From: Dehalococcoidia bacterium
Lineage (GTDB): Bacteria; Chloroflexota; Dehalococcoidia; GIF9; AB-539-J10
Direction of reading: 5' to 3'
DNA length: 64,000 bases
NCBI GenBank assembly: GCA_030610855.1
Contig: JAUWQY010000001.1
Span: forward strand, 1,628-65,627
In this document: positions 1 to 8,424 of the stretch, in pieces
How the letters are laid out: every line of letters begins with the position of its first letter
How positions within the stretch are numbered: the first letter of the stretch is position 1
Notes under the pieces: generated by a model
What the model saw: the letters and a program-made list of their open reading frames with translations, nothing else
Told to the model about the DNA's origin: nothing
The model's database searches: none
Program-made: the position numbers and the translations under genes

Positions 1-84
1 ACTGATGGCGTCCACGGCAAGGACTTCGCCGTAGCGCTTGGTAAGCCCAGCTACCTCTATGATCGCCCCGTTAATCGATGACAT
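1..84 (-). CDS. ABC transporter ATP-binding protein, N-terminal fragment (gene continues beyond window start)
   Basis: Reverse-strand ATG at 84..82 gives MSSINGAIIEVAGLTKRYGEVLAVDAIS, the canonical N-terminus of ABC ATPase subunits. It starts 11 nt after the stop of the upstream small ORF. Absent from the ORF track because it is truncated by the window edge. Confidence 0.5.
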   Translation of the reverse strand, partial: MSSINGAIIEVAGLTKRYGEVLAVDAIS

Positions 85-95
85 GTCCGGCACGC

Positions 96-317
96 CTAGC
101 CTTTCTTCTTAAGCTCAGCAATGCGTTCCTCTACTCCCCCCGCCTCTGCGCTGAGCTGTTTCAGGTGCTCTTCAAGTTTTTCAACGATTTCTTCCCTGGT
201 GGGAAATTGCCGCGGTGCATACCCGGAGCCGCAACAGCAACCCCGCTGGTGATGCGTGCCATGCTGTGGTGTCTGGCGAGAATGTTGCTCGCAGCCACAT
301 TCAGAGTCATGATACAT
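96..317 (-). CDS. small His/Cys-rich protein with DUF5320-like C-terminal coiled coil (putative metal-binding partner of the ArsR regulator)
   Basis: 73-aa ORF with a strong RBS (AAAGGAGG 6 nt upstream of the ATG). Its start overlaps the ArsR stop by 11 nt. The N-terminus has 6 His and 6 Cys in 32 residues (ECGCEQH...HGTHHQRGCCCG). The C-terminus (EEIVEKLEEHLKQLSAEAGGVEERIAELKK) matches the R(I/L)xEL coiled-coil ending of the DUF5320 proteins at 52-53 kb. Confidence 0.6.
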   Translation of the reverse strand: MYHDSECGCEQHSRQTPQHGTHHQRGCCCGSGYAPRQFPTREEIVEKLEEHLKQLSAEAGGVEERIAELKKKG

Positions 318-681
318 CTTGTTTCCTCCTTTCCGGACAGTATTCTTTGCACAGTTGCTCCTCGTCCGACTCCTGCATACTCAGAGCCGTTGAGGCAAGC
401 TTCCGAGACCTCTCCAGGGCATCCTGGTCGATGAAGTAGTGTATGTGGTAGCCCCGCCGCTCTCCCTTTACCAGTCCGATGCTTTTCAGCACCCGCAGGT
501 GCTGCGATACCGCCGACTGGGACACTCCCAGAAGGTCGGCCAGAGCATTGACGCAGAGGGCATCTTGGGCGCGTTGGCGCCGGAGGAGCTTCACCAGCCT
601 GAGACGGGTCGGGGCAGCCAGCGCACTGAAAAGCGCTGTCTGCTCGTCCGTTTTCTCCTGCAATTGTTCTCGACCCTCCAT
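307..681 (-). CDS. ArsR/SmtB-family metalloregulator (winged HTH)
   Basis: HTH segment ALADLLGVSQSAVSQHLRVLKSIGLV typical of ArsR. I chose the ATG at 681 (MEGREQ...) as start, giving a family-typical 124 aa. The track's longer start at 738 is a TTG that sits inside a TTGACA -35 box. Confidence 0.85.
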   Translation of the reverse strand: MEGREQLQEKTDEQTALFSALAAPTRLRLVKLLRRQRAQDALCVNALADLLGVSQSAVSQHLRVLKSIGLVKGERRGYHIHYFIDQDALERSRKLASTALSMQESDEEQLCKEYCPERRKQDVS

Positions 682-708
682 GACAGTATAAGTATTCACT
701 AATATCCT

Positions 709-738
709 AATATTATCACCAGGGAATACACCTGTCAA
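709..738 (-). promoter_or_regulatory. sigma70-like promoter for the ArsR operon (TTGACA-17 nt-TAATAT)
   Basis: The minus strand reads cTTGACAggtgtattccctggtgaTAATATtagg. This is a perfect -35 with a 17-nt spacer and a -10 lying about 28 nt upstream of the ATG at 681. Confidence 0.45.
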
Positions 739-1009
739 GACCGAATTGGCTCCTTGCCAGATCCTGTGTGAACGGCTCCGATCTCTGCTCCAGGGTCACT
801 GGCATCGCAGGTTTTCTGAAATCCTGCAGAGCCGGGCACAGGTAGTTAGCAGACCATGACGGCGGCATCTCCTCCCTGGAACAAGCAGTTACTGCCAATT
901 CCGCAACCGTTACAGTGCACTAGCGAGGAGACACTATTACGCTACGTATCAGACTAACACATCGTGAATCAATCTCGAGTGTCCGAGGATGATTTTCGTT
1001 AGCAAGCAG

Positions 1010-1018
1010 TGCTATAAT
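1010..1018 (+). promoter_or_regulatory. extended -10 promoter element TGCTATAAT upstream of def
   Basis: TGnTATAAT match 39 nt upstream of the def ATG. A GAGGAAG RBS lies at 1043-1049. The same 9-mer recurs at gatC and gyrB. Confidence 0.45.
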
Positions 1019-1056
1019 CAACGCGGCATAGGAACAGGGATATTCTACGAGGAAGT

Positions 1057-1539
1057 ATGGCAGTTTTGCAGATACGCGCCTTGCCCGACCCTGCGTTGCG
1101 GCAAAGGGCGAAGAGAGTGAACACAATCGACGTCTCCATCCAAAAGTTAATCGATGACATGATCGATACGCTGCGGGCGGGCTCGGGTGTGGGCCTCGCT
1201 GCGCCGCAAATAGGAGTACCCCTGCGCATAGCAGTCATTGAGATGCCGGGCGAGGAAGTCATCACCTTGATCAACCCTGTTGTAATGAAGAGAAAAGGCG
1301 AGCGTGTCCTGACAGAGGGTTGCCTATCTGTGCCCGGCTATCAGGGGGAGATCAAGAGGTCGCTCACGGTTAAGGTCAGGGCGCAGGACCGCCATGGTAA
1401 GGAAATCCGCCTCAAAGGCGAAGGCCTCTTCGCACAAGTCCTCGAACACGAGACTGACCACCTCAATGGCACCTTATATGTTGACCATCTGGAAGACCCA
1501 GCAGAGCTCTGTAGGATTGAGGATGCTCAGGAAATGTAG
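1057..1539 (+). CDS. def: peptide deformylase
   Basis: All three PDF motifs are present: GVGLAAPQIG, EGCLSVPG and HETDHL. Confidence 0.95.
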   Translation: MAVLQIRALPDPALRQRAKRVNTIDVSIQKLIDDMIDTLRAGSGVGLAAPQIGVPLRIAVIEMPGEEVITLINPVVMKRKGERVLTEGCLSVPGYQGEIKRSLTVKVRAQDRHGKEIRLKGEGLFAQVLEHETDHLNGTLYVDHLEDPAELCRIEDAQEM

Positions 1540-1702
1540 TTGCCCGATTAACTGGGCCATTGTGCTTGATTAACCAGATAGCCAGAGCATCATGGAAATG
1601 AAACGCTCCAAGAATCCCCAAATCTGAACTGCAGAGCAAGATTGAACAGCCTGGGATTATGAAGGTGGGGAAGAGATAGACCGGCAATGACCTGGTGCGG
1701 CT

Positions 1703-2011
1703 TTAGACCCAGGACCAAATAGCCAGACCATTCCAGGCGCAAACAAGGAGCATCGCCAGGCTCAAGGGCTTCAATAATCCGCCTCGCTTAAACACTACGA
1801 GGATCAAGACAATTGCAGAGGAAATCAGCCACTTGAATAGCGTGTTACTACCCAATGTCGGGCCAAGCAAAGGGTTAAGCTCATAACTCCCCAGTCCGAG
1901 AGCAGCCCCCGTCAAGCAGCCATCCAGAATATTCAGCCCGATGAAAGCCACGCAGAACAGGACACCTGTGCCTGAATCTGTATCGGCAAGTAGCACCCGA
2001 AGAGTCCTCAT
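1703..2011 (-). CDS. small integral membrane protein, 3 predicted TM helices (DUF5658-like by recollection)
   Basis: Hydrophobic 100-aa ORF with GTG/ATG starts at 2014/2011. There is no competing ORF. Confidence 0.55.
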   Translation of the reverse strand: MRTLRVLLADTDSGTGVLFCVAFIGLNILDGCLTGAALGLGSYELNPLLGPTLGSNTLFKWLISSAIVLILVVFKRGGLLKPLSLAMLLVCAWNGLAIWSWV

Positions 2012-2031
2012 CACTTAAGCACCGGGACTCA

Positions 2032-2057
2032 AGTACCAGTACCTAAGTACCAGTACC
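2032..2057 (-). promoter_or_regulatory. tandem hexamer repeat (GGTACT)x2-TA-(GGTACT)x2 on the coding-sense strand, 18 nt upstream of the membrane-protein start
   Basis: The plus strand reads agtaccagtacc-ta-agtaccagtacc. The same 12-mer recurs inverted at 29557-29568. Confidence 0.5.
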
Positions 2058-2309
2058 CCGCGCCAGTCTAGCGGAGAATGCCAAGGAAGTCAGTAACCAG
2101 GCGGTTACTGAGCGTTTCTTTTCGGTTACAAAGGGTTTCGTTCCGGTTTCATAGAATGGGGTCAACTCCAATTCTCTCTGCGCTCCGGTGCTGCGAGATT
2201 AAGGAAGTCGGCCGAAGCAATCCCGTGGAGAGGCAGATCACTGCCGCACGCTCCTCAGTTGACCGCAATGGCATCCGAGGCTCTGGCCTCGTGCGACAAT
2301 GATTGGCGG

Positions 2310-2894
2310 TCATCCGGATTTGGTTTTGCGCCTCAAGTAATAATAGGCACCATAGCCAAGGAATACAGCAGCCGCGGCAATTCCGACGACCAATCCTGGA
2401 TTGGGCTTAGCTTCGGCCGCGGCCCTTGTCGATACCAGCAGGCGAACATAGAACTTCACGACCAGCATCTCGCTGGATTCAGCAGCGACTCCCAGCCATA
2501 TCTCCCAGTCCTTGCCCGCCCATTCTTGCCCTGGCGGTATGGCTACCGTTACGTTCATGCTGGCCTCAGACTTAGCGGCCAATGGGATTTCTTGGGAGGA
2601 AAAGCTTACCCAGCTATCGTCGGGGAATTCAGCCCTCCCTTCCCTTCTGTCCTCTTCCGGAGGTTGAAAGATAGTGAGGACAAAGACGCGAGCCGTCTCC
2701 TCTTGATTGCGAATCGTCAATTGAAATTCCGCTGCCTCTCCCGGGGGCAGGTTATCTATGCTTACCTCGGTGGGGACAACGCCAAAGGACTGAGCGGGAG
2801 TATCAGCCAAGGTAACGGAAGGCAAGAGGATGATTAGCAGAGTTACGAAGATCAGAGCCAGTTTCATCCCCGCGGTCTCGTAGCGAGAGAGCAT
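2310..2894 (-). CDS. secreted/cell-surface hypothetical protein (N-terminal signal peptide, C-terminal TM anchor)
   Basis: MKLALIFVTLLIILLPSVTLA signal peptide (likely true start near 2867). C-terminal hydrophobic segment plus RRKTK stop-transfer. The opposite-strand ORF 2259..2837 looks non-coding. Confidence 0.6.
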   Translation of the reverse strand: MLSRYETAGMKLALIFVTLLIILLPSVTLADTPAQSFGVVPTEVSIDNLPPGEAAEFQLTIRNQEETARVFVLTIFQPPEEDRREGRAEFPDDSWVSFSSQEIPLAAKSEASMNVTVAIPPGQEWAGKDWEIWLGVAAESSEMLVVKFYVRLLVSTRAAAEAKPNPGLVVGIAAAAVFLGYGAYYYLRRKTKSG

Positions 2895-2987
2895 CCTGCC
2901 GGGTATTCGTACACCTCCAGAAGCCGGTGATCATATTGACAGAGCCGGGCGGAAAGATCGCCACAGACCTGAGATCTCCGGGTTAAC

Positions 2988-3338
2988 CTAGCTTCCACTC
3001 TGAGGCTCATCTCCCGGAACAGCCTCCTTCAGTCCTCTACCCTCGAATTCAGATTCTCTTGCTACCAGGAATATGGTGGCCAGCAGTCCAGGTAGGAACG
3101 GGATTGCAGTAGCGGAACAGAGAGCACCGGCTAGAGCTAGTCTAAACCGCCTCCTCCTGAATGTGAAGAAGGCTCCTACGAATGACATAATCATGAGAAC
3201 CAACGCCAGCACACTCAGTAATCCGATGAGAGCGATTGAGAGACCCCCGAAGACAAACATGACCGCAACTGCCAGGCTTGCGCCGATCATGGCTCCCAAT
3301 CCGCCAATTATCATGAGGATACCTGCTGCTGTTCTCAT
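2988..3338 (-). CDS. hypothetical membrane protein
   Basis: 116-aa ORF with three long hydrophobic helices. The overlapping plus-strand ORF is low-complexity. Confidence 0.4.
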   Translation of the reverse strand: MRTAAGILMIIGGLGAMIGASLAVAVMFVFGGLSIALIGLLSVLALVLMIMSFVGAFFTFRRRRFRLALAGALCSATAIPFLPGLLATIFLVARESEFEGRGLKEAVPGDEPQSGS

Positions 3339-3585
3339 TCAAGACCCCTGCCACAATAAGGCTTGTCAGTCCGGTCTGCTGCCCCTTTTCCGCCTTCTCC
3401 CATTCAGACATATCATATAGAGCGCAACGGGACCCGTCAACGCTCCGTCGGTTGCCGTGCGTCAGCATATACTAATGATAGCCGGTAGCTTCAGGCCACA
3501 ACTTGAAACTTGGCGTTACTTCGGCGTTACTTTGTTGGGGATGCCTTTTCACCGGATGGCGTTTTGCGGGCAGATTGCCCTGCCG

Positions 3586-4143
3586 TCAGGGAGCCACTGC
3601 GATTATGGTGACCGGAGTCTGCATCTCCCTGCCACCAATGAAGTAGCTCGGCGTGAGCAGTCTCAGACCGAATTGCTTGCTGGCGCCGGGAGCCAGGCTT
3701 GAGCCGGTGCCATAGGGCCAAAACTCGCTCTGCGTCTTGGTGATGGGAACATAACCATCGCCGTAGGGGCCTCGTGTAGGGTCGCCAGATATGCGGAACC
3801 ATAACCCGTACACGTGTTCCCCATTATGCCCGTCATCGCTCAACGTCCACGTGTACGCCCCGGGATTGTCCACCCATTTCGCGTCCTCCCCCACAATAAA
3901 GGTATTCACAGCGGAATTGCCGGTTATGGTCAGAGTGCACCACTCTATCTGCGGGTTGGTCATATACTCCGTGTCTGGGGCCACCTGTCCTAGTGGCCAT
4001 TGCGTTATATCCAGACTTATGGAAATCTCATAGGCCCCAGTCATGGTGATGGTTACGGCTTCGCCCCCCTGAGCGTCAGCCGGCAAAGAGGAGACCAGAC
4101 CCAGTACAATGGCTGCCAGGATAACCGCAGTTACTGCCTTCAT
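3586..4143 (-). CDS. secreted hypothetical protein
   Basis: Internal start MKAVTAVILAAIVLGLVSSLPADA is a signal peptide with an AxA cleavage site. I recognise no conserved domain. Confidence 0.6.
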   Translation of the reverse strand: MKAVTAVILAAIVLGLVSSLPADAQGGEAVTITMTGAYEISISLDITQWPLGQVAPDTEYMTNPQIEWCTLTITGNSAVNTFIVGEDAKWVDNPGAYTWTLSDDGHNGEHVYGLWFRISGDPTRGPYGDGYVPITKTQSEFWPYGTGSSLAPGASKQFGLRLLTPSYFIGGREMQTPVTIIAVAP

Positions 4144-4440
4144 CTGCTTCTCCCAACTCAATGACACTCTGCCCACACCGTGATGCCTCGCAGATATCCT
4201 GTGGGGCTTCTTATCAGCGAACACGGCAAGCACTGGCCTCTCCCGAACCCCAGCAGCCATACTACATTACCCCCTCCCCACTGTCAAGCGGCTTGCACTG
4301 GACCGTAGATTATGTGCAGAAAACCTCAAGAAGGCACGGTGACAGAACCCGGAAGGGAGTCCTGAATGGTACGATAGATGACAGACGGCAGGTTAGCTCG
4401 GATTTGCGGACGGCAGCGCCATGTACCTTCTATTGGTGAG

Positions 4441-4578
4441 CTATCGGCAGGTTCGGGCCAGGCCAACTGCCACAACCACCACGGCGATAATGACGATGGT
4501 CCAGATCGTTATCGGAGTACGTCTGCCGGCCTTGGCAAGCCTGCGTTCAGCTTGTCTTCTTCTCCGCCTGCTACCCAT
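4441..4578 (-). CDS. possible 45-aa single-TM mini-protein (not in ORF track)
   Basis: ATG...TAG ORF 41 nt downstream of gatA on the same strand. It encodes MGSRRRRRQAERRLAKAGRRTPITIWTIVIIAVVVVAVGLARTCR: basic N-terminus followed by a TM helix. No clear SD. Confidence 0.3.
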   Translation of the reverse strand: MGSRRRRRQAERRLAKAGRRTPITIWTIVIIAVVVVAVGLARTCR

Positions 4579-4619
4579 ATCGCGCCCAAATCTGATTGTA
4601 GCATGGCATTCGCCTTACC

Positions 4620-6110
4620 CTATTCACGTGACAGCCGAGGCCTTCTCTTATGCCAATCGGTTGCCTGTTCGTAGGCGAAGGCGATGCGCAGCAGTGTTTC
4701 CTCGCTGAAGGGCTTACCTATGATCTGCATGCCTACGGGCAAATCGCCGGCAAAACCGCCAGGTATGGAGATAGCCGGTATTCCCGCTATGCTTACTGGC
4801 AGAGTGCATGCATCGCTCAGGTACATCTGCACCGGGTCTTCCAGCCTCTCACCGAGCCTGAAGGGCACCGTCGGTGAGGTAGGAGTGATAAGAGCATCGT
4901 ATCTCTCAAAAGCCCGGTCGAATTCCTGTTTTATCAGGGTGCGCACCTTCTGCGCTTTGAGATAGTACGCGTCATAATAACCGGCGGATAAAGCGTAAGT
5001 ACCCAGCATTATGCGCCTCTTGACTTCAGGCCCGAAACCGAATTGCCGCGTCCTCTCCGTTGTCTCGATTACATTGCTAGCACTTGGCTCGGAAAAGCCG
5101 TATTTCACTCCGTCGTAGCGAGCCAGATTCGCCGAGGCTTCGGATGGAGCAAGTATGTAGTAAGCAGCCAGGGCGTATTTGGTATGCGGCAGAGAGGCTC
5201 CCCAATCTATTTCTGCACCGAGTTCACGCAGCTTAGCGACAGCTGCCTCCAAAACCGTTCTTACCCCGTCCTCCATGCCCTCGACAAGATACTCCCTGGG
5301 GATGCCCATCTTCAGTCCTTTGATGCCGGCAATCAGCTGCCGGGTGTAATCCGGCACCGGACGAGGTACTGAGGTTGAGTCTCTGGGATCATACCCAGCC
5401 ATGGCATTCATCACTAAGGCACAGTCGGTGACATCCCTGGTCACCGGCCCGATCTGGTCGAGCGAGCTGGCAAAAGCGACCAATCCGAAGCGGCTGACAA
5501 GACCATAGGTCGGTTTGAGTCCCACCACATTACAGAATCCCGCCGGCTGACGGTTGCTGCCTCCAGTGTCAGAACCCAGAGCATAGATGGCCTCACCTGC
5601 AGACACGGCAACTGCTGAGCCGCCGCTGCTGCCCCCAGGAACGCGACTCAAGTCCCAGGGATTGCAGGTGGGGAAAAAGGCGGAGTGCTCTGTGGAAGAG
5701 CCCATCGCGAACTCATCCATATTCGTCTTCCCTACTATTATCGCCTTCTGTGCCTTCAGTTTCTCAATCACTGTAGCATCGTAAGGAGGGACGAAGTTCT
5801 CCAGCATCCTTGAGCTACAGGTAGTTCTTATCCCCTTGGTGCATATGGCATCCTTGATTAAGGCAGGGATGCCGGTCAAAGGGGCAACCTCGCGGGCAGT
5901 TTTGATGTGGTTATCGACCTTCTCTGCATCCTCCAGAGCGATGTCTTCAACAACAGTGACACAGGCATGAACCTTGCTTTCCACCTCGGCGATACGCTTC
6001 AGTACAGACTTCGTCAGTTCCACTGAGGAAATCTGCCTTCGTTTAAGAAGCTCGTGCGCCTCATGGATGGTTAGCTCGTATAGTTCTTTCGCCCGCATAC
6101 TACCTGGCAC
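4620..6110 (-). CDS. gatA: Glu-tRNA(Gln)/Asp-tRNA(Asn) amidotransferase subunit A
   Basis: Amidase signature [14 protein letters not shown]. Full-length GatA-like sequence. Confidence 0.95.
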   Translation of the reverse strand: MPGSMRAKELYELTIHEAHELLKRRQISSVELTKSVLKRIAEVESKVHACVTVVEDIALEDAEKVDNHIKTAREVAPLTGIPALIKDAICTKGIRTTCSSRMLENFVPPYDATVIEKLKAQKAIIVGKTNMDEFAMGSSTEHSAFFPTCNPWDLSRVPGGSSGGSAVAVSAGEAIYALGSDTGGSNRQPAGFCNVVGLKPTYGLVSRFGLVAFASSLDQIGPVTRDVTDCALVMNAMAGYDPRDSTSVPRPVPDYTRQLIAGIKGLKMGIPREYLVEGMEDGVRTVLEAAVAKLRELGAEIDWGASLPHTKYALAAYYILAPSEASANLARYDGVKYGFSEPSASNVIETTERTRQFGFGPEVKRRIMLGTYALSAGYYDAYYLKAQKVRTLIKQEFDRAFERYDALITPTSPTVPFRLGERLEDPVQMYLSDACTLPVSIAGIPAISIPGGFAGDLPVGMQIIGKPFSEETLLRIAFAYEQATDWHKRRPRLSRE

Positions 6111-6284
6111 CTGCCCCTGATGCTACGATGCTCGATAATCCTGCGCCGGTCGGCGCCGGTTTTCCTGTACATCTCTTCCAGTTAGGATATGTTGTGTGAC
6201 GGTACGCAACCCCGGGCCCAAGGACAACAATACCAAGGGCTCGCCGCGGTGACCGTAACTATGTTAGTCATCCGCCAGAGGGTC

Positions 6285-6578
6285 TCACTCCAGTATTGCC
6301 TGAACCTTAAAGCACTTCTCTGCTTGCCTGGGTGCGTTTGCCAGAATGTCAGCCTGTGAATACGGCTCAGTTACATCGTCTTTCCTGAGGACGTTTTGCA
6401 GCTGGATCGTATGCGTTGCCGGCGGCACGTCGGTTGTGTCTAGTTCCTTGAGTATCTCGAAATTCTCCAGCATATTGGACATCTGGAGACTGAGTCTCCC
6501 GACCTCTTCTTCGCTCAGGCCCAGGCGGGCGAGTCGAGCGATATGCCGCACCAGTTCGTGACTCAGTTTCATCTTCAC
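6285..6578 (-). CDS. gatC: Glu-tRNA(Gln)/Asp-tRNA(Asn) amidotransferase subunit C
   Basis: 97 aa. LSEEEV...L...LENF..L.ELDT..V pattern typical of GatC. Sits upstream of gatA on the same strand. Confidence 0.9.
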   Translation of the reverse strand: MKMKLSHELVRHIARLARLGLSEEEVGRLSLQMSNMLENFEILKELDTTDVPPATHTIQLQNVLRKDDVTEPYSQADILANAPRQAEKCFKVQAILE

Positions 6579-6589
6579 CGGACCCTATG

Positions 6590-6598
6590 ATTATAGCA
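6590..6598 (-). promoter_or_regulatory. extended -10 TGCTATAAT on the minus strand, 12 nt upstream of the gatC start codon (very short leader)
   Basis: The plus strand reads attatagca at 6590-6598, i.e. TGCTATAAT reading leftward. It ends 11 nt before the gatC ATG. Confidence 0.4.
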
Positions 6599-6910
6599 CC
6601 TAAGTTCCAGCATAACTATCCGAAACCGGGCGATTGTCGTTGGCAACTCCTCTCTGCCTGTCATCCCGAGACCAGCCTCTCTCTATATTCACCCACTGTG
6701 CCCGAGATTGCTGCCCCCGGACAAGCCGGGGCTTGCGACGACAGAAGGAACTAGCCCATCACACAAAAGAAGCGCATGCTATTGCCATCGCCGGGGCGGT
6801 GTATTATGATGTCTGGAAGCGAATTGTGATGGAAGAGGTTCGTGGCCAGGCTACCCGCCATGACCGGCAACCAGTGTCCACAGTTGATTTCCTGAAAGCG
6901 AGTTACTGAT

Positions 6911-7852
6911 ATGGGGATGGCCGGTTCTCGAAGCCAATTGAAGAGCGGATTTCTGGCAGGGATCAAGCGGGGCTGGCGCACCTTCGTCTGGATATGTAAG
7001 ATCATTGTCCCCGTTTCACTGCTGACAACTCTCCTGCAGTGGACGACTTGGCTTGACCGGCTCAGCTTCTTGTTCAATCCTTTGATGAGCCTGATCAATC
7101 TGCCTCCCCAGGCAGCGCTGCCCATCATCAGCGGAATGCTAACCAATATTTACGTCGCTATCGCTGCCATGACCACCATACCCTTCACCATCGAGCAAAT
7201 GACCCTGATCGCCGTGTTCCTTCTGATCTGCCATAACCTCATCGCGGAGGGAATCATCCAGCACAAATCCGGCATCAATGTCATCAAGACCACTCTGATT
7301 CGTGTTACGGCAGCCATCCTCACGGTGCTCATCGTTTCCCAGTTTCTCGGTGATACCGGCCAGAGCATTACGGTGCCCACCCCACCGTCCGCTGCCAGTC
7401 CGCTGCTTACGGTAGTAAAGGACTGGGCACTAAACCTGATAGCCCTGGCATTGAGGATCCTCGGGATACTCATGGCTGTCATGATTATGCTGGAGCTATC
7501 GGAATCCCTGGGGTGGACGGAACGCTCCGTCAGATTCTTTCGACCTTTGATGAGAGTTCTCGGACTCTCCGAGCAGACTACGACCCTATGGGTCACCAGT
7601 GCCGTATTCGGGCTGATGTACGGCGGAGCCATCACCATTGACAAAGCTAGAAAGAGGGCCCTCAGTAAGGAGGAACTGGAGCGTCTTCATATCTCTATCG
7701 GCATCAACCACAGTATGGTGGAAGACTCGTCATTATTCCTGGCGCTGGCACTCAACCCTTTCTGGTTGTGGGTACCAAAGCTGGTCACGGCAATAGTAGC
7801 GGTGCAGATTTATCGAGCCATACGTTACCTTAAGAGCAAGCTGCTGCACTGA
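6911..7852 (+). CDS. nucleoside-recognition (Gate) domain membrane protein, SpmA/SpmB/YjiH-like
   Basis: 313 aa with multiple TM helices. Resembles nucleoside transporter/FeoB gate-domain proteins; assignment from memory only. Confidence 0.55.
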   Translation: MGMAGSRSQLKSGFLAGIKRGWRTFVWICKIIVPVSLLTTLLQWTTWLDRLSFLFNPLMSLINLPPQAALPIISGMLTNIYVAIAAMTTIPFTIEQMTLIAVFLLICHNLIAEGIIQHKSGINVIKTTLIRVTAAILTVLIVSQFLGDTGQSITVPTPPSAASPLLTVVKDWALNLIALALRILGILMAVMIMLELSESLGWTERSVRFFRPLMRVLGLSEQTTTLWVTSAVFGLMYGGAITIDKARKRALSKEELERLHISIGINHSMVEDSSLFLALALNPFWLWVPKLVTAIVAVQIYRAIRYLKSKLLH

Positions 7853-8088
7853 TATGCCAACCCTTGGATATTGCCCGTGAGGTTCTGGCCCCGGCCGACA
7901 AAACACGAATCAACTGCCAGGAGCCGGAGTGCTGTCCCGTCATCTGGCGCTTTTCCCTGGAGGCAGACCTCCGTCCCTTCAGGCTAAGCGAGTGCCCTCT
8001 GAAAACCCGCGCCTTTCAGGGACTCCAGCTTTATCCACGGTATTCGGGGGCCCTATGAGAAGGAGCGAATCAGCTTTCTCATACGGCG

Positions 8089-8250
8089 CTAACCGACAAC
8101 AAAATGCTGATAGAGCACTATCGCTCCTATCACAATAAGCCAGATGCCCACCAGATAATTGAGGATTTTCGGGAAGATCAGCACCACGATACCGAAGATA
8201 AGGCTGATTATTCCCCCGATCAGGCCCAGATTATCTACTACGGTTTCCAT
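8089..8250 (-). CDS. DUF3096-like two-TM mini-protein, 53 aa (below ORF-track cutoff)
   Basis: Minus-strand ATG at 8250 preceded by GGAGGTGA. Encodes METVVDNLGLIGGIISLIFGIVVLIFPKILNYLVGIWLIVIGAIVLYQHFVVG and ends TAG at 8089-8091. Pattern matches DUF3096 small membrane proteins. Confidence 0.5.
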   Translation of the reverse strand: METVVDNLGLIGGIISLIFGIVVLIFPKILNYLVGIWLIVIGAIVLYQHFVVG

Positions 8251-8424
8251 GAATTATCACCTCCTGTCGCTGAGTTACTTCAGTATGCCATGCAGACAAG
8301 CGTTTCTGCAATAGTTATGGTCTCCCCCGCTATCAGGGCGGTTTTTCCAGATTCTATCGGGAAAAACTTGAACATGGCTGTGCCTCCGGGTAAAATAGCA
8401 GGTACCATGATTGGCTTGGAGCAC

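Noticed and set aside
738-738. TTG start giving a 143-aa ArsR protein as listed in the ORF track
   Set aside because: The TTG is the first three bases of a perfect TTGACA -35 box with a 17-nt spacer and TAATAT -10. The ATG at 681 gives a family-typical 124-aa protein.
2259-2837. 192-aa plus-strand ORF
   Set aside because: Entirely antisense to the signal-peptide-bearing minus-strand gene 2310..2894. Composition is not protein-like (Ser/Gly/Arg-rich, no motifs).
8104-8424. N-terminal 107 residues of the ORF-track apgM
   Set aside because: No homology to ApgM, which begins at the MKRIS…KIVFLVMDG segment. The region is instead occupied on the other strand by an SD-preceded DUF3096-like mini-ORF.
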